A DNA stretch of 37,248 nucleotides from Intoshia linei (lineage: Eukaryota > Animalia > Orthonectida): NCBI GenBank assembly GCA_001642005.1, contig LWCA01000239.1:1-37248 (forward strand). The letters run 5' to 3'. A program made the translations under genes and the position numbers. Shown piece after piece: positions 22,631-33,767 of this stretch. The notes beneath the pieces are model-generated. The model worked only from the letters and a program-made list of their open reading frames with translations. It was not told the DNA's origin and made no database searches. Positions within the stretch are counted from its first letter, which is position 1, and every line of letters begins with the position of its first letter.

Positions 22631-23219
22631 ATGACCTCAAAAATAAAAAAGATTAAAATGAAAAAAAAAGAAAATATATTAAAAAAAACAACTAAACATA
22701 CAAAATTATTACATCGCAAGAAAAAATTACTGAAAAGTAAATTTTGAAAATACTTATAATAGCTTTAGATATCGAAAAGTCGAACAAATTACCAAAAAAA
22801 CATGTCTCTCAAATGAAAAAGCAACCTAGTTTACCACAAGTGGAGAAAAACCCACAACGCAAACATAAAGGATTGGTAAATAAAGCCAAAAATCGGTAAC
22901 TACTATTAATGACACAGTTTACTCAGTAAACGTTACCGCATGGTCTTAATTAACATTTTTGTTATTTAATTAATTAGTATACAGTGAAACTTGTCACATG
23001 TATAATGAAAAATTAGATTTGCCACCATAATAAATTATAAATTTTAAGTTGCTGATAATTATTTCTGATTGTCACTGAGAAAAATTAGTTTATTGCCATT
23101 TCTAATAATGTGATAATTATGATCATAATACCAATAATATTGTTCCAATATGTTTATTTATTCCATTTAGACTTTCCAATATAAAGAAGTTTTCTAATCT
23201 ATTTAGATTATCTGAATAA
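22631..23219 (+). CDS. Lys-rich small protein, SLX9/FAM207A-like (exons 22631-22736, 22769-22895, 23171-23219)
   Basis: In-frame splicing gives MTSKIKKIKMKKKENILKKTTKHTKLLHRKKKLLKNIEKS...KGLVNKAKNRLSNIKKFSNLFRLSE*. The 'K...RKKKLLKNIE' and 'IKKFSNLF' segments resemble SLX9 motifs. An upstream start at 22432 is also possible. Confidence 0.45.
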
Positions 23220-23429
23220 ATTGATTGTAATAAACTTTTATTTATTTATTATGATATTAATTCGTATATAATTACTATTACATTAACCTACATAGAGAAT
23301 TTTAATAAACTGATTGATAAGTGAATTTTAATTATGTTATGTTATATTATTTTTGTAATGCATACTCTTGTGAGTTTTAATTTTAATTAGACTAGTTTAT
23401 GCGTAGGAAGTTTTTAATACTTTATGGTA

Positions 23430-26400
23430 ATGGAATCGCATGAATTAGCTTTTTGGTTTTTTATTTTTATCAATATTTTCATCCTTTTATAGTGGAAACT
23501 ACAACGACACTGAACGGTGTCACATTGAAAATGTTTTAAACCAATATAATCTACGCTGCGAGGTTGAATTTAAACGACGAAAGTATGTAAATTTAATTTT
23601 TTTTAATTTTAACAAGGTTGATTACAAATGACTTGCAAAACCAAATTTTGAAAATGGAAATTCTGTCAAAAAATGACAAATTTAATCAGTATTATTGCAT
23701 CATATGCTACTCTTTGTTTATTCCGATATTTCGTTCATCCCATGTTTGTGTTATGTGTAAAAACAAAATTTGCAATAAATGCTCAGTATTAGATTCATTC
23801 GGGTACCGGTACGTGAAAATGTTTACTGAAAATTTCAACCTTAACACTGTCTGTGTCTCTAAGACTAAGCTATTCCAGAAATATAATTACAATTCCAAGG
23901 CTGAGGTAAAAATTGATTCTAAAAAATGTCGATTTTGTTCCGTATGTGATAATTCCAGGTAGTTTAATTTTTATTTTATTTATTCTAAATAAAGGAAAAA
24001 TTATTTAAAATTTAACGATTGGTTTAATGAGCTTCAAAAGATAAAGTACGGTCGTGATTCAAGTATCGTATCACATATATTGTGTGGATTAAGTATATTT
24101 TTGTTTATTTGTATTTACTTAGATTCTAAATTATTATTTTTAGATAAGGCCAATAATTTTAGTAAATGTGATGACAATGTTATTAAAAAAATACATAGCA
24201 TAGCGCTCAAAAATAATTTCAAAATGACAGTTTTAGAGTATATTTTTTATATTCATGTACTGATAATGTATATCTTAGAAATAATGAGAAAGCACTTACT
24301 CAAGGTGTTGATATAAAATTAAGTGAAATGGTAGAAAGGAATTTGATTTCTTCGCAAAAACTAATTTACACTTTAAATGATATTGTGATTTATAATTCCA
24401 AAATCATGGAATCCTTCCCTTTAACAAATGGACAAAGCTTTAGATTAAAACTCAAAAATAAAGTGAAGCGTTTGATTATTAAAGCAAAGGAAAAGTTAAA
24501 AAATAAGGAAACAAACAATAATATAAAACAAAAAGTAAAAATTCACGAGAATATAATCAAAAGTAAATAAATTTAGATATTTAATTTAATTATATATAGA
24601 TGCGAACATGCCCAATCAATGTAAAAGTTTACTGAATTTAGATATAAACCCTTCCAAACCTTCCCTATGTCATAATTGTACACTTTCAATTGAAAATGGT
24701 AATAAAAAGCAAATTAAATTAAAGAAAAATGGGCTTATATATGATGGACCTATTGAAAACGTTCACATGAAAGAAAATGTAATCAAAACTTTTAAAATGC
24801 CACAATGTCACGTTGGTATCAATACAATGTTTATTGATGAGAAAAGCGAACCCTCTAAAAATAAAAGTCAATTGAATTATTTGAATATGAAACCCAAAAA
24901 AAATTTAAAAAATAATATTTATGATTCTGAAATTCAAAATCTTATTAAAGAAAAATCAAACTCGTGCACAGATTTGAGTTGTTGGGGCGAGGGAGACATT
25001 TTATCATGTTTTGATTTTAATGAAGCTGAATTTGTTGATTTGATTCAAACAGATTTTAATATGAATTTTTCCAATTCAACCACCAAAATTTTACCTAGAA
25101 ATAGTGATGTATCATATGAGATCAACCCAACAGGAAATGAACAGATACTCATTTTATTTAACTATTTTGGTTCTATTGACATGAATTCATCTTTTAATTC
25201 GTCTTGCAAGTCATTTAATGTACCAACAATATCTATTCCCAAGTAATATATGTTATCATTTTAATTTTTTAATGTTTAGAGAAAATCATTATCAAAATTT
25301 AAATGTTGATACCTTTGAAGATGATTTAGTTTTTGATAATGAAATTTTTTTATCAACAAGTGATAGAATTCTACAGTTGGATGAACGCAAAAATAATTTT
25401 GAAAATTTGAAGATAGTCAATGCAGTCAATAATCCAGAATTTGTATTATATCCAACATCTATCAACATTTATCGTGGTGAAAATGCAAATTTTAGATGTG
25501 TTTTACGTGGCAGTTTACCGTTCAGTAAGTCAAATTAGGGCATTTAGAAAGGATTTCAGAAATTTTTTCAAATTTTGCATGTTTATTTTAATTTGTCTTA
25601 TATTAACTAACATTTTAGGGAGGTTTCTAAAGTAAATTAAGTTTTTTATATACAAATCTTATTTATTTTTGGTGATAAATAGTTTAATAAATTAAGTTAG
25701 AAAAAGTCAATGATTATGATTATTTGGGACGATTTTTCATTATAAAAATAATTTATAGAAATGAATGTAGGTGAAGGAGATATTAATAATAAATGTTGAA
25801 TTTTTCGTTTTGCTTATTTACCTTTACATTGCATAACATGTATTATTGGTAAATGAATGTAATACCTGTATCTATTTTTAAGAGATAATGATTAAAATAT
25901 TGACTTCTATTGGTGTAATGGGACGTAATTCTAACATAATGGAGTATAAATCATCGACCCTAGTAGTTCACAGAAATCACAATAACTTTAAAAACTTTAT
26001 GTGAGATTTTTCGAACATTACCAAGTCATTAATATTGTTATTACATGTACTTGTATTTTTTGTTAATTGTTTTATTTTAGATATATATTGGTATTGTGAA
26101 TCCAGCAGTCAAGGAGTCGTAGAATTGAAGGATACAAGTAGAATTTTAATTGAAACTGAAGATTATTGTTCAAGTTTCTCATTGTTCCATTGTGATTATG
26201 CGGATTCAGGGCATTATTATATTGTTGTTATTAATGATGTCTCGCAATCTAGTCATCATTTTACATTAACAGTTTTGGGTACGCATTTTTTGATGATTAT
26301 AATTTATTTTTATTTTATTCTCTGACATTGCTTGAATATAATATATGTATTAATCCTTTACGTATATAAAATTGAATGTCTGTGTGAGTTACTGTTTAAT

Positions 26401-29400
26401 TAAAAATCTAAGAGACCTAGAATTAAAAAAATCCGATTTCTAATCAATGTTTTTGAGTGTTATGTCTTATCGCAAATATCATTTTCAGAAATTGTATACT
26501 TTAGGGTAAAAAAACAATTTACCCTTATTTTTAGAATAAAATAAAATAAAATAGAATTCTAAAAAACATAAATTCTGGTTCGCGTTTTAAAATCATTAAA
26601 TTTAATATTTTTGTAAATCCGTAACCGCAAAAACTTTCTGCTTTACGATCAAAATGAGATTATCTTTTTTTAAAAAATGTTAAAATTTTAAGAGTCCTAA
26701 AATTTTATACAAAATCACGGATAACTCAAATTAAACCTAACTTAAAACTTAACAGTAAAAACAATAAACTTTTAAACATTTATTTTAATGATCAGTTTAA
26801 ACTTTGAAAAAAATCTTGATTAATTAATTATATAGACTAAACTTTAGGGGATTCATTGTATGACTGAGCCTGTGTGTGTATTTATTTAAATGAACCTTTT
26901 TGTAATATTCGTTATTTCAAAATGATAATGATGTGAAATTTAAAACAAGCTAAAATTTATAGATGTATGTGGAAATTGTATTTATTTATTACAAAAAATA
27001 TCAATTTTGCACTAATTTATGCTTTTTACATACCTTAATGTATTTAAGCTAAATTACAGAATAAATTAGAAGCCAATACCTTTTAGATTGTTTAGTATCT
27101 AAATAATTACCTATTGCACAGTATTTTGCGATTTATAATTTATTGATATTATCCATCGCACAAAACGTGTTTAACTCAAATTATTTAGAACAATGTTTCC
27201 CAACCTGTTCGAAACTATGGCCTTTACTAAATTTATTTTAATAAAAAAAATAAAACTTTTTAGGGTTATTTTTATAGTGGGCCTCGTTGACGGTTATATA
27301 TTACTTACGAATAGCATCTAGCTCTGCCCAGGGGACATTTTTATTCTACAAAAATTCAATAAGAAAATCTAACTTAAAAATTCTATTATTTACTATTTAC
27401 CTTTTAAAGGAGTGTCCCAAACTTGTTTCACGTGGACCCGTCACATCACATCTTTTAATTTAAATTGAATTATTCCACCTTAATTTTATTATGTTAACAT
27501 TTGTGTAAAGAATTTTAAAAATAAAGTAAAAACACTACAATTCTAAAAATTGTCGCAAATAGCATAATCCCAGAAAAAATAAAATTGTCAAAATTTATTA
27601 TATAGATTTCAACCCATATTTCTTTATTGGAAATGTGTAGACCAGTGTTTTCCAACCTGAGCGATTTTAATTTTTTACTGGGCGATGCGAAAATATATAT
27701 TTTTAATTTTATCAAATAAAAAAAAATTAATTAGATTAAACGATAATTAATTTATTAAGAGTTTGACAATATAAGTTATCTAACACCAATTATCTGTGTA
27801 GTAAGTATGTTGTCTTTTATATTTTAATAAAATTTAGTTATGCATGCTTCAAAAAAATATATTCCTGGATATTCTACCGATTATTTAAAATTGGGAAATA
27901 TTTTATTTGTCAGTATTTAATTACCGAAACTGTCAGTATTTTAATAAAAAATTTTCAGTATAAATATTAAAATGTCAGTAATAAAATGTACTTTGTCAGT
28001 ATTTAATTACATATTTGTCAGTTTTACTAAGTTAAATACTGACAATACATTATTTATACTGACACCTTATCAACTGGCACCTAAAATATTGACAATTTAA
28101 TATTTTTACTGACAAACTATTTAAAATACTGACACTTTACGATTAAAATACTGACGCTATAAATACAAGCCTTTAAAATTTGGTTGTATCGAATCTAGTG
28201 TTTCGAAACAATTACCGTTCTGTTTGTTGTGTCATAAGACATTGTCAAACGAAGCTATGAAACCATCCGCCCATTATATCACCTTAAATCACAACATCAA
28301 AATAATGTGAATAAGCCAGCTTCATTTTTGTGAAGACGTTTATCAAAAATTTCAGAACCGTCATACTGTATCTACATTATTAAAAAACCAGCATATAAAA
28401 AATAAAAATAGATTAATGGCATCTCATCGCAAAAACCGGCAAAGATCATACTGTTAATGAAAAATTGATACTACCTTTTATTGAAAGATTTTATAACTAC
28501 TGTTATGCTGCAAGATGCCAATTTGTATTTAAAGTCGTTACCACTTAGTAACAATCTATGTGTCGACGTATCAATGAAATTGCAAATGATAATGAAGTTC
28601 AATTAATAAATATTCTAAGATCAACTAAATTTTTTCCACAGTTGGGTGAATCTTTTATATTCGATAATGATTCAATCCTAATGGTACATGTGCTATATCT
28701 AAGTAAAGATAATTCATTAATTCATAAACTTATTTATGATAAAAAGGATATTTCAATATTTAAGTCAGTAAAATCCTATTTCAATGATAAAGCTATTCCT
28801 ATACAAAATATTGAATCTTGTGCTACTGTAGTGCCCCATCAATGGTTGGACGATATTGTGGTTTTGTTGCATATTTGAAAGAAGAAATTAAAAATGTTTT
28901 ATGCGTACATTGTGTCATTCATAATCACCATCTTGCTGCATAGCATTTACAAGCCAGATTGTATGAATCTTTAAAAATTATAATTAGCATTATAAATAAA
29001 ATAAAAGCTAATTCTGAGAATGATAATGTTTCGTCAATTATGCATTAATAATGACGATAATTTCATTAGGTTTTTGTTACATACAAAAGTACGTTGGCTT
29101 TCAAAGATTGCATGTTTAGATCGGTTTGTCGAGTTGTATGAGACGATTACTGAGTTTTTGGAGAAAGAAGATAGTAAATATTATCAAAAGCGATGCATTT
29201 TATTTGGAAGATATTTTTAAAATGATGAATATAATTTACAATTACAAGGAAATAATTTGATACTGATATGCTGCAACAAAATTATCTTAGTGTTTATTAA
29301 AAAATTAGAAATCTATAGTTATAATTTAGCAAAAAAGGAATTATACAAATTTCTAAGATTACTTTCTATAAATAACGAAATAAATTGTACTGATATAAAG

Positions 29401-32250
29401 AGATTTGTTGATCACATCAATAATCTCAAAAAAGACATAGAAAGTAGATTCATTGACATATTAGATCTAAAAATAAATGATTCGATGACCGATTCATTTT
29501 CTACTGATATCAGAGATGCTGATATTCCATGTCAAAAAGAATTGTTAGAAATTCAACATGATGAAAAGTGTTTAAATGACTAAGATAGGTAATTATATAA
29601 AAATGTGGCAAAATATTAGAATATCTCAACTTTATCCAAATATATGGAAACAAATTCTGAACTTAATGATTCCCTTTCCATCTTTATATTTGGTTGAAAA
29701 AGGTTTTAATGTCGTAAATCACATAATGTCAAAGAAAAGGATTAATATGGATATTATTAAAATAGGAGATATTCGTTTATTCCTGTCAAAAATTGAACCC
29801 GATATAAAAAGATTGGTTAACGACCATGAAGCGCAAGGATTACATTAAATGTAATTATCTTATTCGCTAATAATACTTTGATAATACATTTATTTAGTTT
29901 CTATTCAGTTCAAAACAAAATAAATCTATGTTTGTTTATATTAAAATTTTATTTTTACTGTGCGATAAAAATAATATATTAATAAAATTCTAAAAAATGG
30001 GCGATAACGCAAAATGGGTTGGGAAACACTGGTGTCGACATTCAATGCATATTTTTTTGTGAAAAAAAGGTAATTACTGGTTTCGATCATGAAGATACAC
30101 AAAATTGAAATTTATCTTACTTTCTTGTCCTGAAAAAAAGTGACTTGGAATTTCTGTTTTTTAAATTTTTGGAATTTGCTAACAGTGTAACTTTCTGATT
30201 TTGTCACCTTATTCCTTACATTGTCCACATTTTATTATAATTCGATTTAAAATGTGTTTATTTGGATAAATGATATACAATATGTCTTTTTTCTGTTAAA
30301 CCTGAGATTATCAGTTATTTGAGAATGACTAGGTGATGGTTGCATTTGGGGATAATTTAATAAAATGCATATTTTTTTATTTAGAAAATGATACAACATT
30401 TGAAATGCCCTCCTTTTCTATAAAACCATTGGAAGAATTAAACGTGGAATTAGGATCTACTGTACAAATAAATCTGAAAATATCAGGATATCCTATTCCT
30501 CGAGTAGTCTGGTACAAAAATGATTATATTTTAAAAGAATCTTTTAAATATAATTTTGGTATATTTTAACTAGTGCTATCGCGCTAAGTTAAAATCGCGC
30601 TTATTACAAGCAATCACGCTTTTTAGAAATGTATAACAATTGTCATAAAAATTTAAAAGTCCAATTTTCGCCAAGTTAAAGTTATATTCAATAACATTAT
30701 ACTATAAAACGTGTCCCGCTAAGTTCAATTAAGTTAAATAACTTGGCAAAGGGTGAAAATTGAAGTGAAATCAAAAATTTTTTCAGTAAAGCAAAGATGT
30801 TTTCATTCGAAAACAGTAATTTGAATAATGAAATTGTTTTACCTGATATTACAGAATGAAATAACTTTTAACGTTTTTATGAAATGGACATTGATTTTGA
30901 CGAATATTCTCGTTCTGATGAAAATTTAACCACAAGAAACAATCAATTACGTAAAGAGATATCATTAATGAAACTATTGAATCCCATCAGTCAAATAGTG
31001 ATTTTACTGATACCTTTGACATAAAAGATTGTTTATATCGATTAGACTATCTTAAATAAATAATCTTTAATAAAAAACCACACTTATCTCAAAAAATAAA
31101 AGAATGCTTAAATATTATAGAAAAAGATTTCATTAATATCTAATTTTATAATAAAAGATACATTTTAATTAACTTAATTGTAAAATTAAAAATATTTGTG
31201 TTAAATTTGCATCTCGCAAAGTTAAATTTACACTTTCATTAAATATCATCCATTTTTATGATTGTAAATATGCATTTCTGACATTTTACATCATTTTGAA
31301 ACAAGTTAAATCACGATTTATTTTCCCAAAGTGCATAATTTTTATTAAAATTTTCAGTTTGACTCAGCGCGATTGCACTGTATTTACATATTTTTACACA
31401 TATTTCTACAATATTATATTTATGACATACATAAATTGTATGTACTTGTTTTGTTGATTCAAAGTGTAGACTTTGCTTTTGAAGTTATGTGTAATACATT
31501 GATTATATTCATTTTCTCAGTGTGAATTTCTCACAATCACATTATTTAGAGTTTTAAGCAGAATACTAAGGTTGTTCGAATTTAAAAATTAAAGATTCTA
31601 ATTTGAAAATTATAATTAGTTACTTTTGAAAAAATGAAATTACTACTCTAACAATAAACGCTTTTTATGACATGTTCATTCATTATTGCTAAATTAAAAA
31701 ACCGTCACAATTAAATCATCTTTTTGACGTGAAAATAAAAATTGAAAACATTTAACTGTTTATCAGTTCAATGAAATAATTATTTTATTTAGGTTAATTA
31801 ATTGTTAATTTTTTATACAAATAATACAATGTAATTTGACACACTTGATGTATAATATTAACTTTTTTGATACAGACTAATTTTGAAAATTTAGAATATA
31901 AAAGCAATTTTTATCAAACTTTATTAATACAAGATGTAGACTGGTCGGATGATTCCTTCTATAAATGTAGTCTCACAAACATAAATGGAGAATTATCAAG
32001 TGTGACCCGTATCAATATTGTTGAAGGTTACATTTGAAAACTATTTTTATATTCTTTTTCAGCAGAATCGAAAATAAATACCCCAAAAATAAAATTCAGT
32101 AGACAATTTGAGTATCCGAAATCTAGTCATTTATTCAATTTATATCGAAAATGTAAAAAGGTATTAAGACGATTTAAAATACAATTATATGTAATTTATT
32201 TGTAGAAATTTGATGATCAAAAACTTGATAATACGTTAAAGATAATTTGA
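23430..32250 (+). CDS. Rab-effector-like protein: N-terminal Rab-binding/FYVE_2 zinc finger (MyRIP/melanophilin type) plus two C-terminal Ig I-set domains, 13 exons
   Basis: RabBD helix 'DTERCHIENVLNQYNLRCEVEFKRR'; Zn finger 'KFNQYYCIIC...CVMCKNKICNKC...CSVC' then 'DWFNEL'. I-set 1 'PEFVLYPTSINIYRGENANFRCVLRG...IYWY...DSGHYYIVVIND...FTLTV'. I-set 2 'PSFSIKPLEELNVELG...SGYPIPRVVWYKND...LLIQDVDWSDDSFYKCSLTNINGE'. All 12 introns are GT-AG and phase-compatible. Confidence 0.8.
27319..27630 (+). repeat. Dispersed repeat copy (paralog of 35627-35965), interrupted at 27643 by a Buster transposon and resuming at ~30040-30190
   Basis: tagctctgcccaggggacatt...ttgaattattccac...gttaacatttgtgtaaagaattttaaaaata...aaaaattgtc is shared with 35627 onward. 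30062-30165 matches 36182-36265 and 35106-35200. Confidence 0.8.
27840..29848 (+). pseudogene. Buster transposase pseudogene
   Basis: ORFs 28558, 29020, 29257 and 29576 are consecutive pieces of one ZBED5-like transposase broken by frameshifts, stops and a MITE insertion. Confidence 0.92.
27893..28171. mobile_element. MULE-like foldback MITE built of TGTCAGTA / TACTGACA repeats, inserted in the Buster BED-finger coding region
   Basis: Perfect 9-bp TSD tttaaaatt and GG...CC termini. About 6 tgtcagt-type units are mirrored by about 6 actgac-type units. Removing it restores 'YLKFG'. Confidence 0.88.
30571..31380 (+). mobile_element. pogo/Tigger-like non-autonomous element in intron 10 of the Rab-effector/Ig gene
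   Basis: TIRs TAGTGCTATCGCGCTAAGTTAAA / TTTGACTCAGCGCGATTGCACTG followed by TA; repeated subterminal cgc(t/c/a)aagtt; acidic transposase-tail-like remnant inside. Confidence 0.75.
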
Positions 32251-32341
32251 AAATATTATAGTTGTACATTTATTTATAGTAAAATATTTTTTTCAACTAA
32301 AATATTAATCAAAATACTAATATGTTAAATAATTATTATTA

Positions 32342-32671
32342 TTAGGTTCTATCTATTTGTGTTACAGTCCCAGTTGAGTCGCCATCCCATCCTAGTTCGA
32401 CAGCTTCTTGTCTGATGGCACAACATGGTATTAATGCATGGTATGCAGCATCAAGAATCATTGACCCTTCAATTTGTTTTTCTTGGCGAATCTTGTTTCT
32501 AATAATGGGTGTTACAGGGCACCAAATTGATAGGAGTCCTGTCAAAAGACAGTCTTCTCCTAATGCTTCAGCGTTTTTTCCATTAACATAACAAGGTACA
32601 AAACAGGACAAAAAACACAATTTTGGAGAACTAAAACAATCAAAAATTCCGTTATTCCAGATATTCGACAT
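32342..32671 (-). CDS. PLAC8/cornifelin-family cysteine-rich protein (single exon, 109 aa)
   Basis: 'WNNGIFDCFSSPKLCFLSCFVPCY...IRNKIRQEKQIEGS...DA....IPCCAIRQEAVEL' is the PLAC8 family signature. Likely start is the ATG at 32671. Confidence 0.92.
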   Translation of the reverse strand: MSNIWNNGIFDCFSSPKLCFLSCFVPCYVNGKNAEALGEDCLLTGLLSIWCPVTPIIRNKIRQEKQIEGSMILDAAYHALIPCCAIRQEAVELGWDGDSTGTVTQIDRT

Positions 32672-33767
32672 TTGGTAAAGTTTAAAAATTAAAAATAATA
32701 ATAAAACCAACAATGTCGATTTACTAATATAGCAAATATTTACATCTGCGCCGTAGTAGTCTATACATTAAATATTTATTATTTAGTTCAATATGAGTAT
32801 TAGTTTACTTCATAATACATTTGAGTATTATGAACAATTATGGCCGTGTGATGGGTTTGATATTTTATTGTACAAAATCTTTATGAATGGTATAAAAGTT
32901 GACAAATATCCGATCCGACAACTTATACATGTTAGTGACATATATTGTGTTATTGATATTAATAGTTTTCAATATGGTCAGATCAAACGTTTCAAATAAC
33001 CTTTAATAAAATAAGCTTACATTTATTTTAAAAGAACACGCTGACAGAAATGATTCTTATCATTCAGCTAATAAGTCTTATAAGTAGGGCAATTTATTTA
33101 TGACTAAAAATTCAAAAAAAACTATGACATTTCACAAAAAAAATATTACTTTTTATGACAAATTCATTAATGTAGTTATTTTTTAAATTCTAAAAATAAA
33201 AATAAATGTGTATTAATACATTTGTATACTTAGTTCCTTATGTATTCACGTCTATTTGATTATTCTTATTCATAGTTATACTAAATTTAAATTATTATGG
33301 GGTACAACTTTTTTTTTTATTTTGGAGTACCAACTGTGAAGTATGTTGGAACCGCTGTTATAGTAAAATAGAATATATTTATAAATATTCCTTTTTTTAT
33401 TTATTTCGTCGGATAATATATTCTTCAACAACGAAAACGGATCTTTCAAAACTTGATGATGAGGTTTCACATTTCAATACCTGCGAATAAGTTTTTGGTG
33501 ATTTCATTTCACACAGTATAATTGAAAATGTTAATTTATATTAACGTTTTAAAGAAAATAAAAATTTTCTTAAATTATGACTTTATTAATATTGTCATGT
33601 CATTATATCAGAAATGACATTTATGACTTTTTAAAAATTGATACTCCATTTAATGCATTTATTAGAGTTCACTATTGCATTTTTATATTATTAAAAAAAA
33701 TTATTTTTATGCTATTGTTCACTCTACTTATAAGATAACATTTATTTATATTGTAAATTATTTTTTA

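Larger units (their letters stand above)
27643..30031 (+). mobile_element. Full-length but inactivated hAT/Buster transposon (ZBED5/SCAND3-like transposase)
   Basis: TIRs CAGTGTTTTCCAACC / GGTTGGGAAACACTG, TSD gtgtagac / gtgtcgac. Transposase remnants 'YSTDYLKFG...PFCLLCHKTLSNEAMKPS', 'HCVIHNHHLAA', 'LLHTKVRWLSK' and 'IPFPSLYLVEKGF...GDIRLFLSKIEPDI' are spread over several frames. Confidence 0.95.

Noticed and set aside
22631-22895. Lys-rich exons as the N-terminus of the Rab-effector/Ig gene
   Set aside because: Phase-compatible with 23493, but RabBDs normally start at the extreme N-terminus, an ATG exon exists at 23430, and a nearer terminal exon at 23171 fits.
27900-28160. Regularly spaced short repeats resembling a CRISPR array
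   Set aside because: The repeats are 7-8 nt, invert at the midpoint and are bounded by a 9-bp TSD; eukaryotic MITE with no cas genes.
731-32671. Stop-codon reassignment or alternative genetic code
   Set aside because: All conserved genes translate cleanly with the standard code once short introns are removed; in-frame stops occur in introns and dead transposases.
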